NCBI GenBank assembly: GCA_050251875.1
Contig: JBFWMA010000001.1
Location: 250,456-314,455, forward strand
Source of the DNA: Deferribacterales bacterium
GTDB taxonomy: Bacteria; Chrysiogenota; Deferribacteres; Deferribacterales; Geovibrionaceae
DNA length: 64,000 nucleotides
Direction of reading: 5' to 3'
Both the position numbers and the translations under genes were made by a program. Under the pieces are notes generated by a model. It was not told the DNA's origin. It was given only the letters and a program-made list of their open reading frames with translations, and did no database searches. Shown here piece by piece: positions 1 through 11,006 of the stretch; within the stretch, counting starts at the first letter, position 1, and each line of letters begins with the position of its first letter.

Positions 1-2
1 AC

Positions 3-485
3 AGCCGCAATGAATTTCTGCAAGGTACTTCCATGCATCTTTCCGGTGGTGAAGATGTGTCGGTATGGTGGTCTTCAGCCGGGATAAAAAAATATTACTT
101 GGATAATGTTTCTACCGTTGTGCTGTCCAAATTGCACAGGGTTTCACCTGACAACTTCAGCGGTCTGGAACTTACTGCTCTTATGCGGCTTTTTTATGAT
201 TACGGTTGTCTGAACGGACGTTTTGGCAGTCTGGATACAGATGCCGCCGGTCTGGTAGAATTCTGGAAATACTGGATATCAGTCTCAAAGAACGAACTTG
301 GAATGAAAGAATATTTTCCGTGTGATTTCATATTCGCAAAGAATACGGATATGCTTATGAGACATCTGATGTCACTGTTCTGGAACAACAGAAAAGATCT
401 TCAGGACGCTATGCCGGAACCTGGTTTAAAATATAACGACCTGATATCATGGTGGCGCCACGAGTTCGAGTATATGACCCTCTGA
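3..485 (+). CDS. 3' part of a hypothetical protein (frame open to the left edge), probably polysaccharide/glycosyltransferase-associated
   Basis: Frame is open from position 3 to the stop at 485. The Trp-rich C-terminus (RKDLQDAMP...LISWW) resembles segments of some glycosyltransferase-associated proteins. Converges on the gmd/rmd operon. Confidence 0.55.
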   Translation, partial: SRNEFLQGTSMHLSGGEDVSVWWSSAGIKKYYLDNVSTVVLSKLHRVSPDNFSGLELTALMRLFYDYGCLNGRFGSLDTDAAGLVEFWKYWISVSKNELGMKEYFPCDFIFAKNTDMLMRHLMSLFWNNRKDLQDAMPEPGLKYNDLISWWRHEFEYMTL

Positions 486-492
486 CGGTTTA

Positions 493-1386
493 TCAGCTGG
501 ACAGCATCCAGCGGACAGTGTCTGATATTGGGAGTATATCTGTATCGCCAATGGCGGAGATGAGCTTGCTGTTGTCTCCAACTATCCGTCTGATGTCATT
601 TTTGCGGACAAATTTAGGGTTGGTCTTCACATTAATTGTATAGCCGGAATATTGGTTGCAGTATTCAATTATCTCACTCAGTAATATGGCGTTACCGCTG
701 CAAATGTTAAAAACATCAGAATGGGCCGACGATTCCATCAGTTTTCTGTATGCTGAAACAACGAATCTGACATCAGAAAAATCCCTTATTACGCTGACGT
801 CACCTAGCTCGATAGTAGTTTTTTTAGCTCTGAAGTGGTCTATTATCTTGGGAATCACAAATTTTTTATCCTGTCCGGCGCCTGTGTAGTTGAATGGACG
901 GGTGATAATGATTCGAAGCTGTCCGTAATAGGTTCTGGCCATATGCTCCATAGACAGCTTGCTGCATGCGTAGTGGCTGATTGGCAGCAGCGGCACGTTT
1001 TCATCGACAAAGTCATCTTCGGGACATCCGTAGACATTGGATGTACTTGGCAGTATGATCTTTTCAGGGTTAAGGTTATCCTCCATGCATGCGTCGAGTA
1101 CGTTTAGAGCGCCTATGGTGTTGACGCCGTACATGAGATCCTGGTGGGCTGAGGCCACAAAACTGATACCCGCAAGATGAATGATATAATCCGGTCTGAA
1201 TGTTCTGATTACTTTCAGCACATCAGAATAGTCGGTTATATCGCACCGAAGATAGTTGTCATCTTCTTTATATGTCAGGTCACAGCCGACTATGTCGTAT
1301 CCGTGCTGTTCGAGTTCGACGCTGAGGTGCTTACCGGTGAAGCTGTCGATACCTGTAATTAATACTTTTTTAGAATGAGAATCCAT
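493..1386 (-). CDS. rmd: GDP-4-keto-6-deoxy-D-mannose reductase-like extended SDR (GDP-D-rhamnose or 6-deoxytalose synthesis)
   Basis: ITGIDSFTG Rossmann variant, HLAGIS, YACSK (YxxxK), RPFNYTG, RDFSDVR; directly downstream of gmd. Confidence 0.75.
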   Translation of the reverse strand: MDSHSKKVLITGIDSFTGKHLSVELEQHGYDIVGCDLTYKEDDNYLRCDITDYSDVLKVIRTFRPDYIIHLAGISFVASAHQDLMYGVNTIGALNVLDACMEDNLNPEKIILPSTSNVYGCPEDDFVDENVPLLPISHYACSKLSMEHMARTYYGQLRIIITRPFNYTGAGQDKKFVIPKIIDHFRAKKTTIELGDVSVIRDFSDVRFVVSAYRKLMESSAHSDVFNICSGNAILLSEIIEYCNQYSGYTINVKTNPKFVRKNDIRRIVGDNSKLISAIGDTDILPISDTVRWMLSS

Positions 1387-2404
1387 TTGAGTTTCTCCTG
1401 ATATCAGCTTCCACCATCATAGCGCATAAATCTTCGAGGGTCGTAGTAGGTATCCATCCAAGTTTTTCTTTTGCTTTTAGCGGGTTACCTATCAGTATAT
1501 CCACTTCGGCCGGGCGATAGTATTTTGAGTTGACTCTGACAAGCAGTTTACCTGTTTTTTTGTCTGTTCCTGTTTCGTTTTCGTTGCTGCCCTGCCAAAC
1601 TATATCTCTGTTCACCGCTTTGAATGCCATAGAGACAAAGTTTCTCACTGTTTCGGTCCTGTTTGTGGCCAGCACATAAGTATCAGGCTCTTTTGCCTGA
1701 AGCATCAGGTACATACCTTCGACATATTCCCTTGCGTAGCCCCAATCTCTTTTGGCGTTCAGGTTGCCGAGTTCCAGAACATCCAGTTTGTCCTGCTCTA
1801 TCTTTGCCACTGAGTCAGTGATCTTTCTAGTGACGAATTCACGTCCCCTCAGAGGCGATTCATGGTTAAACAGTATGCCGCTGGCTCCAAAGATATCATA
1901 AGATTCGCGATAGTTGATAGTCATCCAATGGGCAAAAAGCTTCGCAACTCCATATGGGCTTCTTGGGTAGAAGGGTGTTTTTTCTGTCTGTGGAATTTCC
2001 TGTACCTTGCCGAACATTTCAGACGTGGATGCCTGATAGAATTTAATTTTCGTATTTATTATACGGATAGCTTCCAGAAGGTTCAGAACTCCCTTGCCTG
2101 TGATATCCGCGGTGGCCATTGGCTGTTCAAACGATACGCCCACAAAGCTCTGGGCGGCGAGGTTATATACTTCGTCAGGTTCTGTCTGTTCCATGAGTCT
2201 CACACTGTTGGAGAGGTCTGTCAGATCATATTCCAGCAGTGTCAGGTTAGGATGATTTATAAGCCCTAATTCTTCGATACGCCAGAAATTGACAGAAGCG
2301 TTTCTTCTGAATGTTCCGTAAACTTTATAGCCTTTATTCAGAAGCAGTTCTGCAAGATATGCGCCGTCCTGCCCTGTGATCCCTGTAATTACTGCTTTTT
2401 TCAT
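1370..2404 (-). CDS. gmd: GDP-mannose 4,6-dehydratase
   Basis: [50 protein letters not shown] motifs. Confidence 0.97.
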   Translation of the reverse strand: MKKAVITGITGQDGAYLAELLLNKGYKVYGTFRRNASVNFWRIEELGLINHPNLTLLEYDLTDLSNSVRLMEQTEPDEVYNLAAQSFVGVSFEQPMATADITGKGVLNLLEAIRIINTKIKFYQASTSEMFGKVQEIPQTEKTPFYPRSPYGVAKLFAHWMTINYRESYDIFGASGILFNHESPLRGREFVTRKITDSVAKIEQDKLDVLELGNLNAKRDWGYAREYVEGMYLMLQAKEPDTYVLATNRTETVRNFVSMAFKAVNRDIVWQGSNENETGTDKKTGKLLVRVNSKYYRPAEVDILIGNPLKAKEKLGWIPTTTLEDLCAMMVEADIRRNSNGFSF

Positions 2405-2538
2405 TTTTATTTTTCCTGCTGTTTTTAAGGTGTCGGTTAATGCATTTATGTTTATACATCACACTTCATTTTTATTTATTAGTATGATACATCTGAAAAA
2501 TCTTAACATAGAGAAGTTGATAATGATATAAAAATTGT

Positions 2539-3585
2539 TCAGGCACTGAACAGGGCGTAAAATTTTTCTGCGCTGAACCTGATATGATAATTTTGCATTA
2601 TATCATTAAACGCGTTCTTTCTTATTTTCTGTCTGAGGGAGAAATCCGATATCATCAGGTCGAGCGCCCTGTTCCATCCCTCTTTTGTATTGTCCGTTTT
2701 CAGTCCTGTTTTTCCGTCGATAACGCAGTCTTTGTATATTTCCGCGTTCGAGTATATGCCTGGGACCCCGGCGGCGCCGTAGTTCAGATATTTGAAGGGG
2801 TTTTTACAGCTGTTGAAAAAGGAGCAGTCGCTGTCCTCTTCCCCGCCCAGAGGCGTTATGGCGCAGACATAGTTGCCTTTAAAAAGAGCTCTCATATATG
2901 TGTAATAGGGTATTCTGTTGGTGTAGTGCATAAAAGAGAGACTGGTCATCTCAGGGAATGGATCGCCGTAGAAAATCAGGCGAAAATCCTTATGCTTGTA
3001 AAAAAATTCCTGAAATACGTTTAGTATGGTGTTCTTACTCTTTCTTATCTTAAGAAAATCAGCGTTGGTGAAGACAATTTTAGGCGGCTCTGATTCCTTA
3101 TAGTTATCGAAGTCTACGTCGTCTATATATTTTTCGACATACATGCCGTTAGGTACCAGACATGCGTTATCGCAGAATTTTCCGTTTATGTTGTCCATAA
3201 GGACTTTGTTGGCTACGGTAACATTATTTGCGGCGGCAACCAGTTTTTTGATATTTTCCAGTTTGCTGCTTTGTGATTTTCCGCCGCTGTAATCCGGGAA
3301 TGAAAATATCCAGTCATCAATGTCGTAGATTGATCGTATATTCCTCTTACGAGCTTCCAGCATGATATCCAGAGCCAGCTTGGAACTGTGCTTGCTGAAA
3401 AAGATAACGTCGCACCAGTCAAGTGCTTTGTAAACCAGCGGGTCGTGTTCAGAGAATACGCAGAATTCTATAAGTCCCCTGTCTTTCAGATAGTCCAGAG
3501 CGTCAGTGATTCTCGTGTCAACTGACAGGGAAAAAACACCTCTGGCCACAAGTGATTCTCTGTTGATAACCAATATTTTTTTCAA
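2539..3585 (-). CDS. glycosyltransferase (GT-B / family 4-like)
   Basis: YDIDD, VPNG, FNSCKNPFKYLNYGAAGVPGIYS and DGKTG motifs; polysaccharide-locus context. Confidence 0.8.
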   Translation of the reverse strand: MKKILVINRESLVARGVFSLSVDTRITDALDYLKDRGLIEFCVFSEHDPLVYKALDWCDVIFFSKHSSKLALDIMLEARKRNIRSIYDIDDWIFSFPDYSGGKSQSSKLENIKKLVAAANNVTVANKVLMDNINGKFCDNACLVPNGMYVEKYIDDVDFDNYKESEPPKIVFTNADFLKIRKSKNTILNVFQEFFYKHKDFRLIFYGDPFPEMTSLSFMHYTNRIPYYTYMRALFKGNYVCAITPLGGEEDSDCSFFNSCKNPFKYLNYGAAGVPGIYSNAEIYKDCVIDGKTGLKTDNTKEGWNRALDLMISDFSLRQKIRKNAFNDIMQNYHIRFSAEKFYALFSA

Positions 3586-4214
3586 GGATTTACATCCGCC
3601 TGAATAGCGTTTTTAAGTACGTCAGTGGAACAGAGTGAGAAAGTGAGCAGTTTCGCGTTGCTTTTTATGTTATCAGGAATACTTACGCTCGTCAGTGAAA
3701 CGTGCAGCGGTTTGAAAAAAGGGAACCTGTCCATCTCTATGCCGAAGAGATGCTGCAGTATACATGTTATGGGGCCGGAATGTGTGACAAGCATTATCGA
3801 GGCGTTCTTGTGAGATGTTTTAAGCATATCATCCAGCCAGTTTATGACTCTCTGATTCAGTTCTATATGAGATTCCCCATCAGGATATCTGTTGCTGGGG
3901 TTAAGGTAGAATCCCTCATACTGCGCGAGAAAATCATCCAATATCATTTCAGACGCTTTCCCGCCGTTGGTCTCACCTATCCTGGGATCAATTTCCCAGC
4001 TTATTTCCGGCCATAATATTTGTGATGTTCTCTGAGCTCTTTTCCAGTGGCTGGTTATATACCTGTCTATCTTCAGCTGCGCATTGTCAAACCATATTTT
4101 CATGGACTCGGCCTGGCGGATGCCTTCGTCGCATAAAGTATCAGACGTTGTTCCTGTCACGAATCTGTTTTGATTTGCTATCGACTTTCCATGTCTGACT
4201 ATATACAGTATCAT
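3582..4214 (-). CDS. histidine phosphatase family protein
   Basis: N-terminal RHG motif, RAQRT, GES, VTHSG. Confidence 0.9.
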   Translation of the reverse strand: MILYIVRHGKSIANQNRFVTGTTSDTLCDEGIRQAESMKIWFDNAQLKIDRYITSHWKRAQRTSQILWPEISWEIDPRIGETNGGKASEMILDDFLAQYEGFYLNPSNRYPDGESHIELNQRVINWLDDMLKTSHKNASIMLVTHSGPITCILQHLFGIEMDRFPFFKPLHVSLTSVSIPDNIKSNAKLLTFSLCSTDVLKNAIQADVNP

Positions 4215-5215
4215 CTGCCGGCCTTCTGTTCAAAATTAGCCAGAAAAACTTTATTAATTATAACTATAAGGTTATTTATAGAGTTTTTTATCAGGTGTTT
4301 AGTAAGGTGCTGCCTGACCGCTTCTCTGTCTGTTTCTGCGGACATCGCTTTTTTTATTCCGGCAATTATACTGTCGATAGAGAGAGGGTTAACCTTTATG
4401 CAGTGTTCGCCAAAAATCTCATCTGTCCATTCCGAATCAGAAAGAACAAGCCTGCATCCTGACAGACCGGCCTCTATGGCGGATATGCCGGGCGGTTCAA
4501 GAGATACTTCTATATACACCGCACACTGCTGAAGGGCAGACCGCATGATATCTGAGTGATAAGGAAGACTGTCGATGAACGTACAGTTCTTGTCGCACAT
4601 GTCCATACACTGCTGAAAATATTCCTTGTCTCTGAATTTGCCGACGTTTACAAGATGCAGTCCAAGCTCTTTGCATGCGACTACGGATGACATCTGGTTT
4701 TTCAGAGGTTCTGCTATGCCTAAGGACAGAGCGTATTTATCCAGTTTGAATATGGACTTGAAAATGTCGGCCGGCGCAGGATTGATGATTTCGTCATTTA
4801 CGCTGTAGTTTGTTATTACAAATTTATCAGGATTGTCGTCTATGCCGAAAGACGACAGAAAATGATTTTTAAGATAATGAGATTTGAATATCACCATATC
4901 CGCGATATCTGTAAACCGATGGCAGTCTGCTATCTGCTGCTGATCCAGTTCCGAGTTTTTAAAAAAATTGGGAAACAGAATTATCGGTTTTTTTTTGGAT
5001 TTAATGTATTCAAGCAGTCTCAGACCGCCTCCGTGTATGGAGAAATGCATGACAATGTCGTAATTATCAAGATTAAGAGAGTACGGGCTGTAAATATCAG
5101 CAACATAACCGACTTTTTTCAGGTTTGTGGCTATCTGATGTATTTCAAACTCGCCTCCGCCCTTATATAAAAAGGCTTCATGATATGTAGTTAAAAGTAT
5201 TCTGGGGGAGATCAT
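4211..5215 (-). CDS. glycosyltransferase family 4-like
   Basis: GGGE N-terminal loop, EPLKNQ, EPPGISAIEA (EX7E-type) motif. Confidence 0.82.
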   Translation of the reverse strand: MISPRILLTTYHEAFLYKGGGEFEIHQIATNLKKVGYVADIYSPYSLNLDNYDIVMHFSIHGGGLRLLEYIKSKKKPIILFPNFFKNSELDQQQIADCHRFTDIADMVIFKSHYLKNHFLSSFGIDDNPDKFVITNYSVNDEIINPAPADIFKSIFKLDKYALSLGIAEPLKNQMSSVVACKELGLHLVNVGKFRDKEYFQQCMDMCDKNCTFIDSLPYHSDIMRSALQQCAVYIEVSLEPPGISAIEAGLSGCRLVLSDSEWTDEIFGEHCIKVNPLSIDSIIAGIKKAMSAETDREAVRQHLTKHLIKNSINNLIVIINKVFLANFEQKAGR

Positions 5216-5275
5216 TTCATTCCCTGTGTTTCAGCATTTTTGTTTCGGTGAAGTATATCAGGCATTCAGTCAGCT

Positions 5276-6145
5276 TTAAACTATGTAGCCTTTTAATACA
5301 AGATATTCTTTTAAAGCATCCTGCCAATGCGGCATAGGATATATCTTGGATATCTTTTTATTATCCAGCACGCTGTATTTAGGCCTTTTTGCTTTTGTTT
5401 TGTATTCGGCAAATGTGGTCTCCGAAAGATCAGCCTTGATGCCCGCATAGTCGAATATTGTTTTTGTAAACTCGTACCAGCTGCATGATCCGCTGTTACA
5501 GCAGTTATATATGCCGTAATCTGTCTGTTTTGAGGATATCATGGCTTCTATAGCTCTCGCTATATCCAGAGTATGTGTGGGAGCCATCATCTGATCGGCT
5601 ATCACCTTCAGAGGAGTGCCGTTCTTTGCCAGCTTGATCATGGTCTCAACAAAGTTGCCGCCTTTTCCGCTTGCTCCTGCCTCACCAAAGAGTGATGAGA
5701 CCCTGAGTATGAAATATTTTTGACAGTGTGCCTGCACGGCCATCTCGCCGGATATTTTTGATATGCCGTACATAGAGAGTCCCTGAGGTCTGTCTGTTTC
5801 AGAATAAGGGGAATTCTTTGTTCCGTCAAAAACATAGTCTGTGCTGATGTGAAAAAGGGTTATCCCATTGGCCGCGCAGTATTTTGATAATTCATACACA
5901 AAAGCGCCGTTGATATGAAATGTCTTATCAGCAAAATCTTCACATTCGTCGGTTTTGTGATATGAGATGCAGTTGATCACATAGTCAGCACCCTGGAGAA
6001 TGCCTAATTTTTCAATAAAATCAGATTTTTCAGCCTCTATATCTTCTCTGGTTAAAAAGCGGCATTGTAAGCCGCTCTTAGTCAGAGTTTTTTTCAGGTC
6101 TGATCCTAACTGGCCGTTAGAACCTAATACAGCAACATTCAGCAT
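5276..6145 (-). CDS. rfbD: dTDP-4-dehydrorhamnose reductase
   Basis: GSNGQLG, HISTDYVFDG, YGISK, DQMMAPT, AKRPKYSVL. Confidence 0.95.
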   Translation of the reverse strand: MLNVAVLGSNGQLGSDLKKTLTKSGLQCRFLTREDIEAEKSDFIEKLGILQGADYVINCISYHKTDECEDFADKTFHINGAFVYELSKYCAANGITLFHISTDYVFDGTKNSPYSETDRPQGLSMYGISKISGEMAVQAHCQKYFILRVSSLFGEAGASGKGGNFVETMIKLAKNGTPLKVIADQMMAPTHTLDIARAIEAMISSKQTDYGIYNCCNSGSCSWYEFTKTIFDYAGIKADLSETTFAEYKTKAKRPKYSVLDNKKISKIYPMPHWQDALKEYLVLKGYIV

Positions 6146-6163
6146 ATTTCACCTTATTTCACC

Positions 6164-7201
6164 TTATTCTATATCAAGAATACCGCCGTATTTCTCGACT
6201 TCTTTTATTATTTTGTGCCATTCAACAAGTTTTTTGTACCAGTCAAGAGTTATGGTTTTTTCATCTTTCACCAGTTCTCCCGATTCCAGTTTATCCACTA
6301 TGTCGGCAGCGCCCTTTTCGGCGTTCCATTTGGCTTTCCAGCCGAGAGTTTTTTCCACTTTATCGAAGTTAACGTTGTAGCTTCTGTGGTCAGGGTCACC
6401 GTACCATTCAATTTCGACTTTCTGACCGAGTTTGTCGCCCACTGTTTTTGCTACTTTCTCACCGAGCGGCCCTATCTGATAGTTATTTTCAGCGCTTCCT
6501 ACGTTAAAAAGCTGTCCGTTTATCAGTTTTGTATCAGCCTCAAGGAGCAGACACATCACATCTGTTGTGTCCTGTACATGTACCATAGGTCTGTATTGTG
6601 AGCCGTCTCTCATCAGAGGCAGCTTTTTGGTGCTCCATGCGCCGTATGTCATGCCGTTGATGGCGAGGTCGAATCTCATTCTGGGGCTGTAGCCGAATAC
6701 TGTCGCCTGTCTGATCACTGTGACGCAATAGCTGTCGTCAGCGAGGGGCAGAACGTCATTTTCCGCTCTTTCGTTTGCTTTAGCGTAGGTGGTCAGGGGG
6801 TTGGTTTTGCAGGTTTCGTCAACCTGTCCGTCCTGAAAACCGTATATACTGCAGCTGGATGGCAGGAGGTATCTTTTTACGCCGTTCTTTTTGCCGAGTT
6901 TGGCTGTTCTGGCGCGGCTTTCATGGTTTATCTGTTCTGTAGCCTTCTGGAAAATCTCGCCGCTTGGGTCGTTTGATATAGCCACCAGATCTATGATAAA
7001 ATCTACGTCTTTAAATACATCATCACTTAAATGTCTGGAGTCTTCATGTATTTTAATAAGCTTGCTGTTGTCGTTCAGTTTGTTTTCGCCAAAGAAAAAG
7101 CGGTCAACCGCCTTGACCCTGTAGCCTTGTCCGAGAAGTTTTGGAACAAGTATGCTGCCTATATAGCCTCCGGCTCCTGTAACAAGAACTGTTTTCATCA
7201 T
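6164..7201 (-). CDS. NAD-dependent nucleotide-sugar epimerase/dehydratase (extended SDR, atypical YxxxN)
   Basis: TGAGGYIG, SSCSIYG, YAKAN, RQATVFGYSPRMRFDL, RPMVHV. Confidence 0.85.
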   Translation of the reverse strand: MMKTVLVTGAGGYIGSILVPKLLGQGYRVKAVDRFFFGENKLNDNSKLIKIHEDSRHLSDDVFKDVDFIIDLVAISNDPSGEIFQKATEQINHESRARTAKLGKKNGVKRYLLPSSCSIYGFQDGQVDETCKTNPLTTYAKANERAENDVLPLADDSYCVTVIRQATVFGYSPRMRFDLAINGMTYGAWSTKKLPLMRDGSQYRPMVHVQDTTDVMCLLLEADTKLINGQLFNVGSAENNYQIGPLGEKVAKTVGDKLGQKVEIEWYGDPDHRSYNVNFDKVEKTLGWKAKWNAEKGAADIVDKLESGELVKDEKTITLDWYKKLVEWHKIIKEVEKYGGILDIE

Positions 7202-7758
7202 TAACCCTCATAAACAAAATTATTATCTGCGTCTGCAAGCAGAGGAGAGTTCGCGTCTTTATCAGACAGCACCGGAGTGTCAGTGGGCCACTCTATGCCC
7301 AGAGCCGGGTCATTCCACCTGATTCCTCTGTCACATTCGGGGGAGTAAAAAGCATCGACTTTATACATTATCTCAGTATCTGGAACGAGTGTAAGAACGC
7401 CATGAGCAAATCCTTTGGGCACTATGATCTGACGTTTGTTTTCAGCAGTAAGGATAACGGAAACATGCTGGCCGTATGTGGGGCTGCCCTTTCTTATATC
7501 AACAACAACGTCAAGTATGGCGCCTGCCAGAACTCTGACTATTTTGGTCTGTGCGTCAGGGTTTTTCTGGTAATGGAGTCCTCTCATGGTAAATGCCTGA
7601 GCGCTGAGAGAATGGTTGTCCTGAATAAGTTCGTATTTCAGGCCGAGAGATTCCATGGTTTTTTTAGAATAGCTCTCCATAAAAAAACCTCTGTGATCTC
7701 CGAATACTTTCGGTTCCAGAAGTACGACATCAGGGATTTTGGTTTTTATTATTTTCAT
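7201..7758 (-). CDS. rfbC: dTDP-4-dehydrorhamnose 3,5-epimerase
   Basis: FGDHRGFFMES, QDNHSLS, RGLHYQ, VPKGFAHG, WNDP. Confidence 0.96.
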   Translation of the reverse strand: MKIIKTKIPDVVLLEPKVFGDHRGFFMESYSKKTMESLGLKYELIQDNHSLSAQAFTMRGLHYQKNPDAQTKIVRVLAGAILDVVVDIRKGSPTYGQHVSVILTAENKRQIIVPKGFAHGVLTLVPDTEIMYKVDAFYSPECDRGIRWNDPALGIEWPTDTPVLSDKDANSPLLADADNNFVYEG

Positions 7759-8971
7759 TTTTTACTCCAAGAATGTAATTGTCTATAACCCATTCTGCGA
7801 ACGGGAAACTGCTGGTAAACGCAGGTGAGACGGCATTAAGTACATGAGTGCTGTTCTGATCTCCTTCGACGACAAAATCCTGACAAAGTTCAAGGTTGTC
7901 AACGTTAAGAAGCTGGGCTCTTATGCCGGGTCGGCTCCATTGATTGAATCCTGCTTTGTTGATTTCGTTAATCATTTTCAGCGCCAGACCTACGAAATAT
8001 TCTTTATTATACTTTCTCATCTCTTCAAAAGCCAGAGAACGGAAGCCGAACGCGTTGCTGAAAAAAAGTTTTGCTTCGTAGAAAAGAATGTTCATCAGTT
8101 CTGACATTCTAAAGTTTGATATGCCTTCGTAGTTTTCGCGCCAGAAAGCGGGTATCGCCGTCGGGCCTATCTTGACCGTATTATCCACGGTAACCGTGTA
8201 GTGTACCCCAAGGAAAGGGTTCTTCAGATTAGGGACAGGGTATATGTTGGTTTTTATCGGCTGGTCTGAGCCTGTGTATTTCAGATAGATTCCCTTAAAC
8301 GGAATGATAGTATATTTTTCTGAAAATCCGAACTGTTTCGCGATCTTATCAGCATAGAGTCCGGCGGTATTGATTATTTTTCCGCATTCATAGATGTTTC
8401 CGGCTGTTGAAACAACACTGTTGCCGTTTAATTTGTTGCGGAAACCCTCGCTGAATCTGAACTCTACGCCGAGAGATTCCAGTTCTTGTTTTATAAATGA
8501 GCTTATTTCCGATGGATCTATTGTTGATGTTGTCGGCGAGAAGAGCGCCTTTTGCACTGTTTTAGCATTTGGCTCAATCTCTCTGAGTTCTTTCTCGTCT
8601 ATGATTGTAACGTCCACTCCGTTTGCTTTGCCTCTGGAGTAGAGAGTATCTATGCCCGCTATCTCGCTTTCGTCTGAGGCGACTACAACTTTTTTACATC
8701 TGTTGATCTTCAGATTGTTTTGAAGGCAGTACTCTGTCAGTCTGCGGTTGCCTTCTCTTGTGAACTGAGCCTTCAGAGAGTTTGCTGTGTAGTAAAAACC
8801 TGCGTGCAGTACGCCGCTGTTTCTACCGCTGCTGTGCAGAGCTTCTTTGGGTTCTTTTTCAATGATTACAATTTTGGCGTCAGGTTTTCTGTTTTTTAAT
8901 TCTTTTGCTATGGCCAGACCAATAATGCCTGCCCCTATCACAAGATAGTCACATTTAAAAGTGTTGTTCAT
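7730..8971 (-). CDS. lhgO: FAD-dependent oxidoreductase, L-2-hydroxyglutarate oxidase (LhgO) family
   Basis: GAGIIG, HSSGRNSGVLHAG, FLGVH, GPTA, GIRAQ, NAVSPAFT. Confidence 0.85.
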   Translation of the reverse strand: MNNTFKCDYLVIGAGIIGLAIAKELKNRKPDAKIVIIEKEPKEALHSSGRNSGVLHAGFYYTANSLKAQFTREGNRRLTEYCLQNNLKINRCKKVVVASDESEIAGIDTLYSRGKANGVDVTIIDEKELREIEPNAKTVQKALFSPTTSTIDPSEISSFIKQELESLGVEFRFSEGFRNKLNGNSVVSTAGNIYECGKIINTAGLYADKIAKQFGFSEKYTIIPFKGIYLKYTGSDQPIKTNIYPVPNLKNPFLGVHYTVTVDNTVKIGPTAIPAFWRENYEGISNFRMSELMNILFYEAKLFFSNAFGFRSLAFEEMRKYNKEYFVGLALKMINEINKAGFNQWSRPGIRAQLLNVDNLELCQDFVVEGDQNSTHVLNAVSPAFTSSFPFAEWVIDNYILGVKNENNKNQNP

Positions 8972-9861
8972 CAGTGTCCCTTGGTTATCGTAACAGGAAG
9001 ATTTAATAGATACTGACCGTATTCGTTCTTTTTCATCGGTTCGGCTAGGCGCATCAGGTCATCTTTTGTGATCCATTTATTAAGATAAGCTATTTCCTCT
9101 ATGCAGGCGACTTTCAGTCCCATCCTTTTTTGAACGGCCTGCACAAATTCGGCTGCTTCCAGCAGAGCCTCGTGGGTACCTGTATCCAGCCACGCGAATC
9201 CTCTTCCGAAGAGTTCGATATTCAGCTGCCCCCGTCTGATATATTCATTATTGACCGAAGTGATCTCCAATTCTCCTCTGGCCGATGGTTTTATTGATTT
9301 TGATATCTCTATAACGTCGTTGTTATAACAGTATAGGCCTGTTACAGCATAATTTGATTTCGGATGTTCAGGTTTTTCCTCAATAGCGGTTACGTTGCCG
9401 TTCGGGTCAAAGCATGCGACACCGTATCTTTCAGGATCTTTTACATAATATCCGAACACGGTGGAACCGCCGTTCTCCTCGACATTTTTAATGGCTTTTC
9501 TGACCAGCCCGGTTAGGCCTGTTCCGTAGAACATATTGTCTCCGAGGATCATTGTCACGTTATCCTTGCCGATGAAATCCTCTCCGATTATAAAAGCCTC
9601 TGCCAGGCCGTTTGGTTGTTCCTGTGTTTCATAAGATATGTTTAGCCCGACGAACGAACCGTCACCCAGCAGATCTTTAAAGAGTTTCTGGTCATGGGGG
9701 GTGGTTATTATGAGGATATCTTTTATTTTTGCGAGCATAAGAACTGAAAGCGGGTAGTAGATCATAGGCTTGTCATAGACAGGTATCAGCTGTTTGCTGA
9801 TAACCTGCGTAGAAGGATACAGACGGGTGCCTGATCCGCCTGCTAAAATAATACCTTTCAT
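8971..9861 (-). CDS. rfbA: glucose-1-phosphate thymidylyltransferase
   Basis: [48 protein letters not shown]. Confidence 0.97.
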   Translation of the reverse strand: MKGIILAGGSGTRLYPSTQVISKQLIPVYDKPMIYYPLSVLMLAKIKDILIITTPHDQKLFKDLLGDGSFVGLNISYETQEQPNGLAEAFIIGEDFIGKDNVTMILGDNMFYGTGLTGLVRKAIKNVEENGGSTVFGYYVKDPERYGVACFDPNGNVTAIEEKPEHPKSNYAVTGLYCYNNDVIEISKSIKPSARGELEITSVNNEYIRRGQLNIELFGRGFAWLDTGTHEALLEAAEFVQAVQKRMGLKVACIEEIAYLNKWITKDDLMRLAEPMKKNEYGQYLLNLPVTITKGH

Positions 9862-10174
9862 TCAATAGCCTCTTGAGTCCCAGTTGTGATGATATTAAAG
9901 TTTTATATATCACATCATTCTATTAATAAAAAGCAAAAAAATCAAGACGAGTTAGTTGTTTTAGCCGACAAAAGAATCCGCCGGATGATTATGCAGGAAT
10001 AACCGTCTGGTCATAAGGAAAATTATTAACAAAAAGAAAGAAAATAATCATGATATGATTACTTGTATACAATATATTTTTAAAATCATTGTGAAAATTC
10101 ACAATTTTTATCACGCAATATTTAAAAGGAATATTGCTGAGAACAAATTGTCATAAATTTAAAGCCTTATGCCG

Positions 10175-11005
10175 TTATTTTAAGAATACTGCGTCGAGTT
10201 CTATTATCTTTATGGTTTGAGTGTCTTTCAGATACTGAACAAAGAAGCAAAGCATGCGCTCACTGAGGAAGCCGAATACACGCTTCTGATAATCAGAGCG
10301 TCCGTTTATGTCTATCCTGCTCTCCACCTCGGACAGTACGGAGAAAAGCATCTCACAGTATTTTTGATAAAGTTCTTTCTTCATTATCATCATGTTATAG
10401 GTGTAAAAGCTGTTTGAGCGGACACATTTTTCCATAGCGTCAGCCATTTCTGGGAACATTCTTACGACTGCGTCCTTCATTATGTCGAAATCCTCTTTGT
10501 TGTGGGTCATGCAGTAGTTCTCTTCCATATTCAGATGGTGGTAATACTGCTTTTTCGGCAGGACAATGTCGAAGTCGGCGCCCATTATGAACGCTTTGAG
10601 TCCTGCGGACAGCTCTTCAGCGTCTGACTGTTTCGCCTTGATGCGTCTGCTCAGGCAAAGCTCGGCGCCGTTACCTTTCAGACCATATCTGACAACTCTG
10701 GACAGAAAAGAGACCATGTTGGAAATACGCTGTTTCAGGAAGGGTTTGACTGTAAATATGCGGCGGTAGTGCATCAGACCTATATAGTCAGCGTCACAGT
10801 TTTTCCACGCCCAGTAATAGGCTGTCAGCTCGCAGTATGATCTGTTTTTTGCGGAGATGTTGTCTCCGGTGACGTCAGTGACAATGCCCAGATCTGTGTC
10901 TGTCAGGGCTTTGCCAACCTGTATAGGGTTAAAATATTTTTTAGAGATATCGATATATTCGTCTTTTTTGTGGTGGGCGGTCATTATAAAGAATTTTTCG
11001 GGCAT
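10175..11005 (-). CDS. DUF4422-type glycosyltransferase (likely galactofuranosyltransferase)
   Basis: PIQVG, GDNISAKNRSYCELTAYYWAWKN, GLMHYRR, RVFGFLSER; adjacent to glf. Confidence 0.85.
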   Translation of the reverse strand: MPEKFFIMTAHHKKDEYIDISKKYFNPIQVGKALTDTDLGIVTDVTGDNISAKNRSYCELTAYYWAWKNCDADYIGLMHYRRIFTVKPFLKQRISNMVSFLSRVVRYGLKGNGAELCLSRRIKAKQSDAEELSAGLKAFIMGADFDIVLPKKQYYHHLNMEENYCMTHNKEDFDIMKDAVVRMFPEMADAMEKCVRSNSFYTYNMMIMKKELYQKYCEMLFSVLSEVESRIDINGRSDYQKRVFGFLSERMLCFFVQYLKDTQTIKIIELDAVFLK

Positions 11006-11006
11006 A

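Noticed and set aside
9960..10020. GGCGGATTC upstream of rfbA as an ops/JUMPStart element
   Set aside because: Only a partial match to GGCGGTAG, with no JUMPStart context.
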